The translations under genes were made by a program, and so were the position numbers. Below are positions 38,805-53,152 of a DNA stretch of 55,020 bases, in pieces (the first letter of the stretch is position 1; each line of letters begins with the position of its first letter). The notes under the pieces were generated by a model. It saw nothing but the letters and a program-made list of their open reading frames with translations. It was not told the DNA's origin and did no database searches. The DNA comes from Octopus bimaculoides (taxonomy: Eukaryota): positions 165,026,327 to 165,081,346 of the forward strand of contig NC_068982.1 of the NCBI RefSeq assembly GCF_001194135.2, in the 5' to 3' direction.

Positions 38805-39395
38805 ATTGGGCTGAATGATTCATAGTCTGACTATGGAGTGATACTAGGACCGTGAAATCTTGCACGCATTAATTTCAACCCTTCTTATTAATATCTGCAT
38901 TGCTTACTTCTAGATAAACAGACATCTGACCGTTTAAAAAACTATTCACAAGTAACTAATAGTGACTTCACTCGAAAATGGACAAAATTTAGCATCATGG
39001 TGTTATCAAGTACCTACAGCAAAAGGGTCTTACCTACATGCTGACATGGTTGCTACATTAGGTGATAGCGCTCCAGTTTAAAATTGGGCAGCTGAATTTT
39101 GGAGAGAAAGGGTGCGTCTTGAAGATGACCCAAGGCCTGTATGTCCTGAACTTCCACTACCGAAGAAAACATTGAATGTGTCCACTACATGGTGATGGAT
39201 GACAGACTAGTGACTATAAATCAATAGCCAAAACTATTAGCATATCCCATAGGAGAGTGGAGGATATAATGCACAATGAACTCGGCATGGTGAAAATTTC
39301 TGCTCGGTGGTGCTACATCTTCTGTCAACTGATCAAAAGCGCACCGAATGGATCATATCACGGGAAATTCTGAGATTGTTTGATGCAGACTGTCA
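38805..39395 (+). mobile_element. mariner 5' half (transposase N-terminus)
   Basis: Reads MDKI*HHGVIKYLQQKG, EDDPRP, TTEENIECVHYMVMDDR..TI, HNELGMVKISARW, DQKRT; truncated before the first catalytic D. Confidence 0.85.
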
Positions 39396-40013
39396 ACTAA
39401 ATTTCAAACTATTCTTCAGTTCCAATGATCAAGTTGTTTACCAAATTAAATATATTTCAATTGATATCTTTAATTATTTGCTTGCCCCGTCCTTTACGTT
39501 CAACACCACCCAGGTTATTGTAGCCAATTCATTGCTAAATATCTAATCGATCTAATACAAAACTATAAACATAAACGGTCGACAGAAAAGCTACTGCGCA
39601 AAATAGGGAAGAAAACGAGCAAGACGAATTTAAATAGTGTAATTCATAACCAACTTCAAGATGTTCAACCTCACAGTACTTATGAACAGCAAGCTAAAAC
39701 ATGGAAGTAAATATCGTTAAATATATACGAATGAATCTATCCCATTTACGGTAGACTAAATGATGTACCTCTTCCCATAAACATGTATGTTAGTATCCAT
39801 TAATCCTTAAAAACTTAATATATGAGAAGGAAACACCACAATATCAGCTTACGAAGACGTGTTCGATACTGTTTCATTTTAAAATGAAATCCTAAATGCA
39901 AGCATGGCTTACAACATGAGCTCAATCCAAACCAGGAACATATATGTCTTTGTATGTAATGATTATACATACTCCTATATGTATATATATATATATGTAT
40001 ATATGTATATGTA

Positions 40014-40056
<43 letters not shown>

Positions 40057-40444
40057 NNNNNNNNNNNNNNNNNNNNNNNNNNNNNNNNNNNNNNNNNNNN
40101 NNNNNNNNNNNNNNNNNNNNNNNNNNNNNNNNNNNNNNNNNNNNNNNNNNNNNNNNNNNNNNNNNNNNNNNNNNNNNNNNNNNNNNNNNNNNNNNNNNNN
40201 NNNNNNNNNNNNNNNNNNNNNNNNNNNNNNNNNNNNNNNNNNNNNNNNNNNNNNNNNNNNNNNNNNNNNNNNNNNNNNNNNNNNNNNNNNNNNNNNNNNN
40301 NNNNNNNNNNNNNNNNNNNNNNNNNNNNNNNNNNNNNNNNNNNNNNNNNNNNNNNNNNNNNNNNNNNNNNNNNNNNNNNNNNNNNNNNNNNNNNNNNNNN
40401 NNNNNNNNNNNNNNNNNNNNNNNNNNNNNNNNNNNNNNNNNNNN
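40057..40444. other. Assembly gap (N run) inside (TA)n
   Basis: Ns in sequence. Confidence 0.97.
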
Positions 40445-40473
40445 ATATATATATATATATATATATATATATA

Positions 40474-41160
40474 CGAATAAGTATCCGATCTGTTGCTTAG
40501 TAACGAAGCTAAAACACGCAGAATGAAGCCGCTTGGAACAGATTGAACTCTGATGTGCATGCGCACTTTTAACATCAGTGCTTCGAAGGAAGTTGTGTAG
40601 CGTGTCATCGTCGCATTGACCCTAACAGAGAAAGTTGTCATGGCAATACCTGCTCTAAGGCCTACACGAAATGCAGAAAGTTTATGGAGAGGGATATATG
40701 AACCTCACACAAGTGTACAAGTGGTTCAGACGTTTTCAGGATGGCCGAAAAAATGCGGATAATGAGGAACCCGCAACCAGCACAACTGAGAAAAACGTCG
40801 CAGAAGTGCGTGCAGCTGTGGGGAAATCGTCGAATCATCATCTGTGAGTTATCATAGGATGTGCAGATTAGTCACGATTCAGTTCAGTCCGTTATCACTG
40901 AAGATTTGCGTATGAGACACGTATCTATCAAGTTTGTGCCAAAACTGATTTCAGTTGACCAAAAAGACAATCGAGTTTCATTTGCACAAGATCTTCTTGA
41001 TTGTGTTGAGAATGATGAAAACTCTTTGAAAACTTATCGTAGGCTTCTGAGTAGGTATCGCCAAGCACTTGGCAAAATTTGATGCAGATTCTCTGCTCAA
41101 CTTTCTCAGTCATGGTGAATGCGACGGTCGCACGCTACACACCTTCCTTCGAAGCACTTC
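40474..41160 (+). mobile_element. mariner 5' fragment capped by an inverted copy of its own 5' region
   Basis: Plus strand reads VYKWFRRFQDGR..., EDLRMRHVSIKFVPKLISVDQKDNRV. Minus strand 41036-41158 reads MTEKVEQRICIKFCQVLGDTYSEAY, and its leader agtgcttcgaaggaag matches 40577. Confidence 0.85.
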
Positions 41161-41953
41161 TCTACACAGTGGAAGTGAACTAGAACGGTAAAACTTAGTA
41201 TGCATGCACAGCATTATTCAAGGTAAATCTGTGCTAAGCAACTTTACACTACATCTTTTAGCTTCGTTATTATGGCAACAGTCTGGATACTTACTGATCA
41301 GATATATGCGTATATATATGTGTGTACAAGCATGTATGTATATGTGTGAGCCTGTATTTATATATAGTTCAAATATTAAGACACTTTTTAAAATTACTAA
41401 GTTGTACAAGATAAATTATTTAAAGAAACCATACTCAGTGGTTTGCATCTAGTAATTTATAATAACCTCATGTCTCGTTCAGCAAAGGGTAAGAGACCAT
41501 AATCTGTAATAAGACGTTAGAATTGTATGGTTTCGTTTTACATCAGAAACATAATCTGGCCCAAATTACGTTTTAATTCTTTGGATATTGGGTAGCTGTA
41601 AAAAAAATTTCTTACTCCCTTTTCTTCTTCAAGTCGTGATCTTCAGCTAAACGGATGAAACTAAAATGCTTGAAGTAATTTCCAATGAGGAGTTTTGTAC
41701 CTGATCATCGCATTTCATAGTCATACAATGTTCTTTAGTCTCAAACATTAATTAACCAGATTAACTAGATTTTACAGTTACCTGATTCTATGTAGATATA
41801 TTAGCGTAAAACAGACGAGGTATAGCATTGTGAAATAAAGGACCTCACATATCAATAATATTAATACGCTAACTTTTTGTTTTTGTACGTACCTGTGTTG
41901 TGTGTCACACTTCAAAGAAACGACAACGCGAGAGAGAGAGGGACAGAGAGGAA

Positions 41954-41987
<34 letters not shown>

Positions 41988-42418
41988 TGAGAGAGAAAAA
42001 GAGAATAGGAAAAAAGAAAGAGTGAGAGAGAAAGAGAGAGAGTGAAAGAGACATTGAGTGGTGACGGCTTTCGTTTTGTGGTTTTAAATGCTTCAGAGAG
42101 GAAGTAAAAGAGAAAGAAAGAGAGTGAGAGAAAGATAAAATGTGAGTGGGAATCAGAGAGAGAGAGAGAGAGAGTATAAGAGACTGTGAGTGGTGACGGC
42201 GTTCATTGTAAAAGAAGTAGATACATAGATATGTATACACATCTTTAAATCAAAAGCGGGAGAGACGAGAGACACAAAGTAAGTGAAAGAGAAAGAGAGA
42301 GAGACAGGCAGACGGTAGATACTTAAATCAGTAGATACACACAGCAAATATTGGATGTCAATTTTACTTTTGAAGACAACTAAAGCAATTCCAATCAGTG
42401 GCAAAGCAACAAGTAGGA

Positions 42419-42450
<32 letters not shown>

Positions 42451-42594
42451 AGGTGAACTTCGTCTGCCTCTATCTCTAGGTATGTGTTTGTGTATATGTG
42501 TGCATGTATGTGTGGCCCGCTGGATCTCTTTCGGCATAACAGCAAACCACAAAATCGCACCAGCCCATATCACCACTACCGCCAAGCCCATCAT

Positions 42595-42830
42595 ATATAT
42601 ATATATATGTATGTATGTATATATGTATTTGTGTCTGTGTTTGTCCCACCACCAGCATTGCTTCACACCGGTGTTAGTGCGTTTGCGTCTCTGTAATATA
42701 GCTGTTCAGCAGAAGAGACTGATAGAATAAGCACCAGGCTTACAAAGAATAAGTCCACGAGTCATTTTCTTCGACTAAAGGGTGGTGCTCTAGCATGGCC
42801 ACTGAAACAATTAAAAGAATAAAAGAATAC
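42595..42830 (+). mobile_element. SINE family A microsatellite plus 3' body
   Basis: gtttgtccc...gatagaataagcaccaggcttacaaagaataagtcc...ggtgctctagcatggcc..ctgaaacaattaaaagaataaaagaata. Confidence 0.82.
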
Positions 42831-43009
42831 CAGAAAAACTTTCTGTACCGCTAAACCAAGAAGGTTCTTTGATTATGTACGGTGTATTTTAAGGTTAAAT
42901 GTTAATTCCGTTTACGTTTGTGTAACTGAGATATTTTCGTTGAATTATATATTCATTGGTGTTACATTACTTTCTATATTGTCTAACTGTCACAATATAC
43001 TTTTCTAGG

Positions 43010-43165
43010 ACTGAAATTTTTGTGAGGAGAGGGCCAGTTGATTAGATCGAACCCAGTACACAACTGGTACTATATTCATCGAGCGCCAAAGGACGAAAGG
43101 CAAAATCGAACTCAGAAGAATTTGAACTCAGCACATAAAGACAGACGGTTATAATATACAAACAT
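43010..43165 (-). mobile_element. SINE family B fragment
   Basis: Reverse complement of ctgagttcaaattc...gattttgcctttcgtcctttggcgctcgatgaatatagtaccagttgtgtactgggttcgatctaatcaact. Confidence 0.75.
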
Positions 43166-44284
43166 TTCTCACAGCACCAGTGCACTGTTTACAGATGCTT
43201 ACATTTTTTGTTTTCCGTGAATTTTTCATGGGTCCAGGTAGTACTTAATTAATCTGACAGCTCTGCCAGGTGTTTTCTGCTGAAATAGCAACTATATAGA
43301 CAAATTTAAAGAAAATCATTGGAAAAATATTTTTATTTAAAAACTGTACTATATTTATTACTCTAATTCATTTATTTTTGACAAAGTACATCTAGAAATC
43401 TAGTTTATAAATTTTGGTTGGAAACAGACACAACTTCCAAACATAAAGGAAGGATCCGTTTAACTCTCAGACATGTTATTGGAGACTATATAAATTCTAG
43501 CCGAGTAGTTCGCAATCAGCTTTTGGCAAACGAGCCCTTATGAACCTTATTTTACTCGGATAGACCCGCAGAACCATTCGATAATTAAAAAAAAAATCCT
43601 AAAACATTTAAATATTAGAAATTGTGTAAAAGATTGTTAATGTATTTTATGTATTGTAGACGCATAACTAATTTATTGCGAATAAATTTTTAACAGATTC
43701 TTATGTAGATCCCGAAGAATCATATGGATCGGGTTCAAAAACACTGTTCTTACCCTTGTATGAAATAGATACAGATTAGACGCTGAGCACTCTACTGAAA
43801 GGACAGGCAAATATCATACAAGTATAAATATGTATAAACAAATAGAGAGGTGGATACGTGTATGTATGTATATATACACACATGTATGTATGTATGTATG
43901 TATGTATGTATTATGTAAGAATATATGAGTAGAGACAAGGTAATTAGTGATATCATGACAACATTGGCGGAAAAATACCTTAGACTTCTGATACCACATG
44001 ATGGAGTGTTGTGGGTTGGTATCTCAAATAAGGAAGTTCACTCCAGACTGTGATCCGAAAAACGAGGAAGAGATTCAGAACTATAAATTCATCGTAAAGA
44101 GAGTATGTATCGGAAATCGGTAGATGAAGATGCAGTTGATCAAGAAGAAAAAAATAAGGAAGAAGGAACGAGAAAGACGAAGAACAATAAGTAAACGAAG
44201 AAAATAACGATGATGATGATGACAATGATATTAATGATGTATGTACGTATGTATGTATGTATGTATGTATGTATGTATGCATGC

Positions 44285-44400
<116 letters not shown>

Positions 44401-44413
44401 GTCTGTCTGTCTT

Positions 44414-44613
44414 TATCTTTTACTTGTTTTAATCATTCGACTGCGACCATACTGGAGAACCGCCTTGAGAGCTTTTAGTCGAATGAATCGACTCTAGTAC
44501 TTTTTTTTGCCGAACTGCTAGGTTACAGGGGCGTAAATACACCAGCACTGGTTGTCAAGCGGTGTTAGAAGATAAACACATACATATACACACACACATA
44601 CAAATATATGTGT

Positions 44614-44673
<60 letters not shown>

Positions 44674-44895
44674 GTGTGTGTGTGTGTGTGTCTGTGTGGC
44701 GTGTGCGTGCGCGTGTGTGTTTGTGTGTGTTTGTGTGTTTGTGTGTGATGTGTGTGTGCTGTGTGTGTGTGCGCGTGTGTGTCTGTGTGTGTGTGAGTGT
44801 GTGTGTGTGGAGAGGAGTTCCTTCAGTTTCCGTCTACCTATTCCACACAGAAGACCCGAGACTATAGTAGAATCACTTGCCCCGGGAAACAGTGG
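44414..44895 (-). mobile_element. SINE family A with expanded internal microsatellite
   Basis: Reverse-complemented 3' body at 44414-44540, about 270 bp of (TA)/(TG), and head remnant (ttcagtttccgtctacc...ctatagtagaatcacttgccc). Confidence 0.82.
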
Positions 44896-46825
44896 GTGTG
44901 AAAACAAAATTTTTAACACACAACCACGTCTGCGCTTATATAATATATACATATACACACGCGAATAAACACACACATGCATATATGTAATAAATATATA
45001 TTCTATTTGTGGGTTAACAAGGCTTCCAATGGTTTGACGTAGTAGATTCTTAAGAATTGCTCAAACATATTACATGGTAGCATTAATACTCGTCTGTATT
45101 TTGGATGAAAACGTCTTTTCCAAAATAGAGACGTGATTATTCTCATCCACAATCGAGACGTCAATATTTTTTTCAAAAGTTGAGACGTGTAACAATGTTT
45201 CCATGCAGTACCCTGAACAATTGTAAAGAATCTATTGACATGAAACCATTGGTAGCATTGTTAACCAACAAATAAAGAATATTCATCCACTAATGCGGTA
45301 TGTAAATATACATGTTTACTTATCTAACTAGGAGAGCGAGAGAGAGGGAGAGAGAGTGAGTGAAAGAGAGAGGAAGGGGAGGAAGTGAGGGACGGAGAGA
45401 GAAATATAGGTACGTAGGAAGATAGATTGATAGACAGAGAGACACATTGGTAATTCTGTCAATTATAATAAAATAACTAATTATGAAATTATATCCACAT
45501 TCATCCCCTGGGTCACAGTGTGTTTCAAATATCATTTTTTAAAGATAAATAACTTATGTTTTAAATAAATAAATATCCGTAGATATCATAAATTATACAA
45601 TGTGAAAATTGAATACAGAGAAGATAGAGAGAAATAGTAAAAATAACCACAACTGAAAACTGAATGCAATTTTGGATAGATATCCTTCCTGTTATGAATT
45701 TAAAAATATAATCTCTTAAATAATTTTTGAAGTAACAATTAAGCTCTCCCACTCACTATATGCATACAACAAAATATTTCATAATAAATCTGTTTTAATC
45801 TGCTAAGAAAACAACTCCAAAATACACTCCCATGTATATTTCTGCCACTATCTATAAAACCAATAATTCACTGACTTTTCATGCAACTGCTTTGTGGAAT
45901 AGAATAGCATAGAGAAGGATATACTATATAAATGCATGCTTCAAACACAAAATTACAATATACCTAGAATGAAGAAAAAAAACCTTCTGAAAACCTTTTA
46001 TGTTCTATATATTTATTCCTTTTGAAACATAGATAAAATTATAATACGTATTTATCTTCTTGATAAAGAAGCATAACCCATGCACCACAAATTAGAGTAT
46101 CACAAATCATGCCAAACGTTACTGCAGTAATACCAAAATATGCAACTTCTATACAACCAAAACATGAAACTATGATCAGGAATAACACGCTTAATAATCA
46201 ACAGTCGGAGTGAATTTCAGCGTTCCGGCACAGAATCTATTAAACTTAGAAATTCTTACTGCTATAATATATTCGAATCAATAACATTTGCATTAATTTT
46301 AATTTTCCCTCAGTCAACAAAAATACACTATAATACATTCAGGAAAAAGTATCCCTCTTATGTTACTACCCACACCATTTTAGAATCAGTTTTGCGTAAA
46401 TTACGTAATAAACTACATCCATATGTAGTAACACATATCATTAAAAATTCATACGAATTTTTATAAAGAAAATTAAAATTCAGATATTAATATGTGCTGA
46501 CTATAACATAAACAATAAAATTTATGAATAAACTTCAAAATTAAATAAAATAAACCCGTGTGTGTAAATGAATTAAGGAAGAAAACTAGTGCTCAAAATA
46601 ATCAATTAGGCTTCATAATCCGCAATAACTTTTCGTACGTTCGATTATAAATGCTATATCATATATAAAAAAAAAATTATCACATATTCTTATAATTTTA
46701 TTGAATGTTTAAAATGTATTAAGTTCTAAGTTATATAGAGTAAAAGGAGCTTTGGTCGATATATATGAGGACGATTGTCATGAAAGCTAAATAATTATAC
46801 GCATAAGTATATATATATATGAATG

Positions 46826-46915
<90 letters not shown>

Positions 46916-47499
46916 CGCACACACACACAAACACACACATATTCATGTATTATTCTTTCTCAATCTGGAATTTAACGCATTCGTTCAAATTATTCCTTTG
47001 TTCTTCTTCATCTTTTAGGCATACAACTCAAACTTGAAACAATCCTCACCTCTGCAACTCAGTGGCTTCTCTCGTTCCTTAGCGATGCAATTCTGTAAAC
47101 TGTAGGTGTTGGTAGGTGAATTCAAATAAACCTCCTACAATCACGGTGAATAAAACGTGCAGCATTTTAGCAAGTAAATTTTAGCTGATTCTTATAGACA
47201 CACACTCACACGCACACAGCCATACACATGCACGCAATTACACATAGACGCACATACATATACAAGTACGTACCTCTACCTGCGCACGCGTATATGTAGG
47301 TGTGTGTGTGTGTGTGTATCACCGTTGTTGAAAGATAAAGATTCACTTCTCCCATAAAATGAAAAAAACTGCTCGAGAATTAAAGCGTGACTGAACATTC
47401 CGCAGGCACATGTACAGTGAACATGATACGGGGACAGAATTAACGTGGCAAAATGTGATTTTTAATCCCACTCAAAGTATGAGTCAAAAGGACTCTTAT

Positions 47500-47712
47500 A
47501 CTTCTTTACTTGTTTCAGTCATTTGACTGCGGCCATGCTGGAGCACCGCCTTTAGTCGAGCAAATCGACCCCAGGACTTATTCTTCGTAAGCCTAGTACT
47601 TATTCTATCGGTCTCTTATGCCGAACCGTTAAGTTACGGGGACGTAAACACACCAGCATCGGTTGTCAAGCAATGTTGGGGGGACAAACACAGACACAGA
47701 CACAGACACACA

Positions 47713-47768
<56 letters not shown>

Positions 47769-47951
47769 CACATATATATACATATATATGACGGGCTTCT
47801 TTCAGTTTCCCTCTACCAAATCCACTCACAAGGCTTTGGTAGGCCCGAGGCTATAGTAGAAGACACTTGCCTAAGGTGCCATGTAGTGGGAATGAACCCG
47901 AAACCATGTGGTTGGTAAGCAAGCTACTTACCACACAACCACACCTGCGCC
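47500..47951 (-). mobile_element. SINE family A, best-preserved full-length copy
   Basis: Complete head (ggcgcaggtgtggttgtgtggtaag...cgggttcattccc), core, microsatellite and 3' body ending gactgaaacaagtaaag. Confidence 0.92.
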
Positions 47952-48097
47952 TTTGCTCAAGATACAACGCAGTAAGATTTAAACTGGAATTTTGTGGTCT
48001 TGAAGCGAAGTGTGTAAGCATCAAGACATACTGCTCCAACACTTGTATTGAATATTCTATAAACTTCGTTACACACACACACTTCTGTATCGATGTG

Positions 48098-48168
<71 letters not shown>

Positions 48169-48501
48169 CCGAGAGAGAAAAGGAGAGAAGTAGACGGATA
48201 TCTAACCAGCTAGCTCGCTAACCAACTTGCTAGATAGACAGATTGATAGATAAATTAACACAGAGAGAGTGTATGTGCGTGAGTCACTGAACGTGTAAAT
48301 TAAGCATCTTTGAATTTCCGATTGGAAACTTTAGTAACTTATTTAATCATCCCCATTTTCTCGTTTGCTTCTTCGTTTTGTAAACAGCTGTGAGAGTATT
48401 TCATGAAGAAACGCGTCAAGTGATGAGAATGAAGTGTGTCAGTTCCCCAGGTGCTATTATATTATTGTCAGCCCATTACTTTTGTAGAGAGAGAAAGAGA
48501 G

Positions 48502-48588
<87 letters not shown>

Positions 48589-49009
48589 TCGTAAAGGAGT
48601 GTTAATAAGAACAAACATCATTTATTCAAGAATTAACACGGTGACCTTTCTCAATGAAATCTTTTTCGGATAACGAATGTTTAGCGTAATGAAATGACGT
48701 TATTTTACAAACATGTGCCCTCACTAACTAATTATCTATTAAATTCTTAGTGATTAGCCGATAGTAAAGTGTCAGATTTTCAATTAGGTTCGTATTACAG
48801 GTCATCGTTGACAAAAGCGTTAATTTTCAATTCATCAAAGAGCATGTAATATTGGAAATGGTAAATGTTTAAACTCTTAAATCCGCGACACAATATGTAG
48901 TCGACAATACTGAGAAAATGCGGTGAACTCAACAGCAGGACAAAAGCAATCTCAGAGGGTCATCTGAATGCACTCCTCATAGTCATGTATCATTCTCATC
49001 AGCAACACA

Positions 49010-49779
<770 letters not shown>

Positions 49780-50639
49780 CTGATAAGAGCTCCGAGCTGG
49801 ATAACACCATGGATGTTGTTATTCATTCGAAAGGAAATCTAATCTAATAACATCGGTGGAATGGGATAAAGGAACCTGTGGAAGACTTGAAGGAAGCAAC
49901 CTTTTAACGAAAATAATCACAGAAACGAAATTTAACTGCCACACAAACCACTGTTTCTCCTATGCACGATGTCTCAGTGTAACATGTGCGAAACACACGC
50001 GAAATCCACATAGGAAACTTTATAAATTATAAATGGAACAAAACAGTAGGTACATAAATTGATGAATTACGTATACACTCGAATGTTTACACAATCATAT
50101 ATACATTTTAATACCCATACGACTACACATACATCCCAATGCTTACGCAACTACGTGAAATTGACAGGATACACATACACGTTTATGAAAACACGTGTCA
50201 CAAACGAAACAAAAACAAAAAAAACAAGACAATTTTTTAATTTTTCGAACTAACACAGAGTGAACAATTCATAAGTTTAAAAACACCACAAAAAACTATA
50301 CCCGGTGATAAATCTACAGCCGAATATAGATCTGTTAGCCTTAAGAAGCTACATTACGAGCAATGTTTTCATTCAGAGAACTCGGAGGCGGTGTTGATTA
50401 AAAAAATTAACACTAAACAGACAGATCCGTCCCCTAATGTCAACGTCCAATCTCGTCAAGCCTCAATGATATAAAAAAGGACAATACAAACCGGAAATTC
50501 AGTCAACCGGATCACCAAGGACCACGTACTCGAATGATGAACTAGGGTAGGTACGAAAAATCAGCTACTAGTTGAAGTCTTCCCGAAATACTACAGCTGG
50601 AAGTACCCCACAACCGGAATATTCCAACACATGGCCGTG

Positions 50640-50790
50640 CATGCACGTCATCAAATAGCCAAAAGAAAAAGAATGAAATATGGTCTAGGAGAGATAATAA
50701 AGAAGTTCTTACGGCCTTCCATCATGCTATGTATTTCATCCGAAAGGATGAAAGACACAAGCCTGACCTTCTTACAATAATAGCGGTTCT
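50640..50790 (+). mobile_element. Possible R4/Dong N-terminal fragment
   Basis: Reads KKKNEIWSRRDNKEVLTAFHHAM, resembling the RxKWSxExxxEV N-terminal motif of this clade. Confidence 0.35.
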
Positions 50791-50839
50791 GTGGAATTTT
50801 GTACATACTATGCTATGTTGTTTTCTCTGCTATAATGCT

Positions 50840-52028
50840 GTGTTCGCATCCGATCTGTCCTCTGACATTAACCAAATCTTTAGATCCAGTAGCCTTGAAA
50901 TCAATTTAGCCGCAGGGTCTTCCACTTGCCAATGTTTTGCTGATTTCCTTCACTTCGCTAAATGAAATGACTAGTCCTGTTGCAGATAGACTACTGTTTG
51001 TTTCAGTTCTTGCAACCATTCAGCATCCTTCTTATGGTCCTTGTCTTTGCTCCAGAAATCACTCCAAACCCTTTGAATCACAATGTTATCCGGCATCAAC
51101 TTTTCATCTGTACACTCTCCATGTATTTCTTTATAGAATCTCTTCTGATATACTGTGAATGACCCATTCTGTTGCTATCCCGTCATTCTTCTTGTTAACG
51201 AGGCGCTGTTTAAGTTCCTCCAACACCTTTTTTTCACTATCATACTATCTGTTCAGTGTCCTGTATTTCTGTTAGCTTTTAATCTCACCCTTCTCTTTTC
51301 AGTCCAACACAGAAATGTTGTTTGAAAGCATATCTAACACCACCTGTATTCTTCTTTTCCACCATGGATCTTTATTTTTTCACTTCCATTGTATTTTTTT
51401 CTTGACATCAACATCCACATTTTCTGCTAAAACAATACTTGCTGCCTTGATCAAATTATTTGTTTCTGTGATGTTTTTTGTCCTGATGTATTTCAGAATT
51501 TCATTCACGTTTTTCATTTCTTGGTTCAGTTTCCACAGATCAACCTTTTGAAGGTTGCAAATAATGTCGCTATCGTTTTCCTGTAGCCTTGCCTTTATCT
51601 GTCGTAGATTGCCTTTTGCCCATCTTTCATGTCACCATAAGTCTTACGACAGTAAGATTAATTGTGACATGACAGATGGGCAAAATGTCTCTCATCGAGC
51701 AAGTTACCAGTTTCCTGTGGTTTATTAGAAATCTCACCTCTGTTTTCTGCTGAGATTACTGTTATCAGTAAGATCTGTATTTTCATCGTTTCCTCTGCTG
51801 CTATTTTCCAACACCCGTCGTTTGATAACTTCGATCTCTACTTCTGTGAAAGAGCGATTTTTTTTTATTGCTCTAGCTTGATCAAATAACCTCTGTTCCG
51901 TGAGTTGAAACAATCCCCTTTCACTCTATTGGTCATACATACGTTGTCGGTATCCCTCAATACGAGCACCATTTTCGTATACAGTGTTGCTCAGATAGTA
52001 ACACTCCATGGCCACAGCATTTACTCGA
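50840..52028 (-). mobile_element. R4/Dong-clade retrotransposon N-terminal fragment
   Basis: Reads AMECYYLS...GYRQRMY...TEQRLFDQARAIKKN, NEILKYIRTKNITETNNLIKAA, DPWWKRRIQ and WSDFWSKDKDHKKDAEWLQEL. Homologous to 344-851. Starts right after (TAA)n on the minus strand. Confidence 0.88.

Positions 52029-52098
<70 letters not shown>
52029..52098. repeat. (TAT)n(CAT)n microsatellite
   Basis: Read directly from the sequence. Confidence 0.95.
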
Positions 52099-52101
<3 letters not shown>

Positions 52102-52320
52102 GCGGTGAGCTGGTTGAAATGTTAGCACGCCGGTCGAAGTACTCAACGGTATTACGCCCGTCGCTACGTTCTGAGTTCAAATTCCGCCGCGGTCGACTTC
52201 GCCTTTCATCCCTTAAAAGTGAACAAATAAGTACCAGTTGAACACTGGGATCGATGAAATCAACTCATCTCCTCCTGCAAAATTTCTAATCTCGTGGCAA
52301 AATTTGAAACCATTATCATT
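52099..52320 (+). mobile_element. SINE family B (best-preserved copy)
   Basis: aagcggtgagctggttgaaatg (A-box-like), gagttcaaattcc (B-box-like), ggtcgacttcgcctttcatcc...aataagtaccagttgaacactgggatcgatg, tail aaaccattatcatt. Confidence 0.85.
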
Positions 52321-52578
52321 GTTGTTGATGTTAATAGTCTTAGTTTATTATTATTATGATAATCAGAAGTTGCAGCAGCAGTTTTAGTAGTTATAGCAGC
52401 TGTATCAGTAATGTAATAGTCAATAGTGTAGCTGATGCTTTTTTTTTGTAATGAAAGAAATGAAAAGAGAAAACTATATGCAATATATTTTTCTATCTAT
52501 AAATATAAGTCATGTGAGTGCCAGGATCTTATTCAGAAAGTTGTAAAATGAGTACAAATATGAATATTTTTATATATA

Positions 52579-53048
52579 TCAAAATAAGGAATGAGGATAT
52601 TCAAAGTTAATACATTACGATCGTTTCATGCGACTCCATTTATTTAAGCAATGTGAATATTACATAAATGTAAAATGCAGAGCAATCCTCAGCTGCACAA
52701 AGATATAGAAATTTACTGAAATTTCATTTCAGCAGAAGGACATATTGTTGTATCTACATTTAAACTCTCCAAGTGGAAAGGAAGAATACTAAAAGGGACT
52801 AGCCTGTATGGTTTGGCTAAGTCAAAATGGTTTTTTGTATTCTTCCGTTCTACTTGGAGAGTTTAAATGTAGTTACAACAATATGTTCCTCTGTTGAAAT
52901 GAAATTTCAGTAAATTTCTATATATTTGTGCAGCTGAGGATTGCCCTGCATTTTACATTTAATGTAATGTTCACATTTCTTAAATAAATGGAGTCGCATG
53001 AAACGATCGTCCTGCATTAACTATGAATATCCTTGTTGCTTATTTTGA
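52579..53048. mobile_element. Fold-back (palindromic) non-autonomous element, about 470 bp
   Basis: Arms of about 215 bp: tcaaaataag...cgatcgtttcatgcgactccatttatttaag...ggaagaatac versus gtattcttcc...cttaaataaatggagtcgcatgaaacgatcg...cttattttga. Confidence 0.9.
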
Positions 53049-53152
53049 TTTTAATCACCTTACTTTGGAATTTTTTGGATAATACCATACTTAATTGTGG
53101 TGCCTAAACTTAAGTACCATATTCACCTTCAATATATATATATGTATATATA

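Noticed and set aside
47860-47951. tRNA-like A/B boxes in SINE heads as tRNA genes
   Set aside because: No complete cloverleaf, and they are attached to SINE cores in multiple diverged copies.
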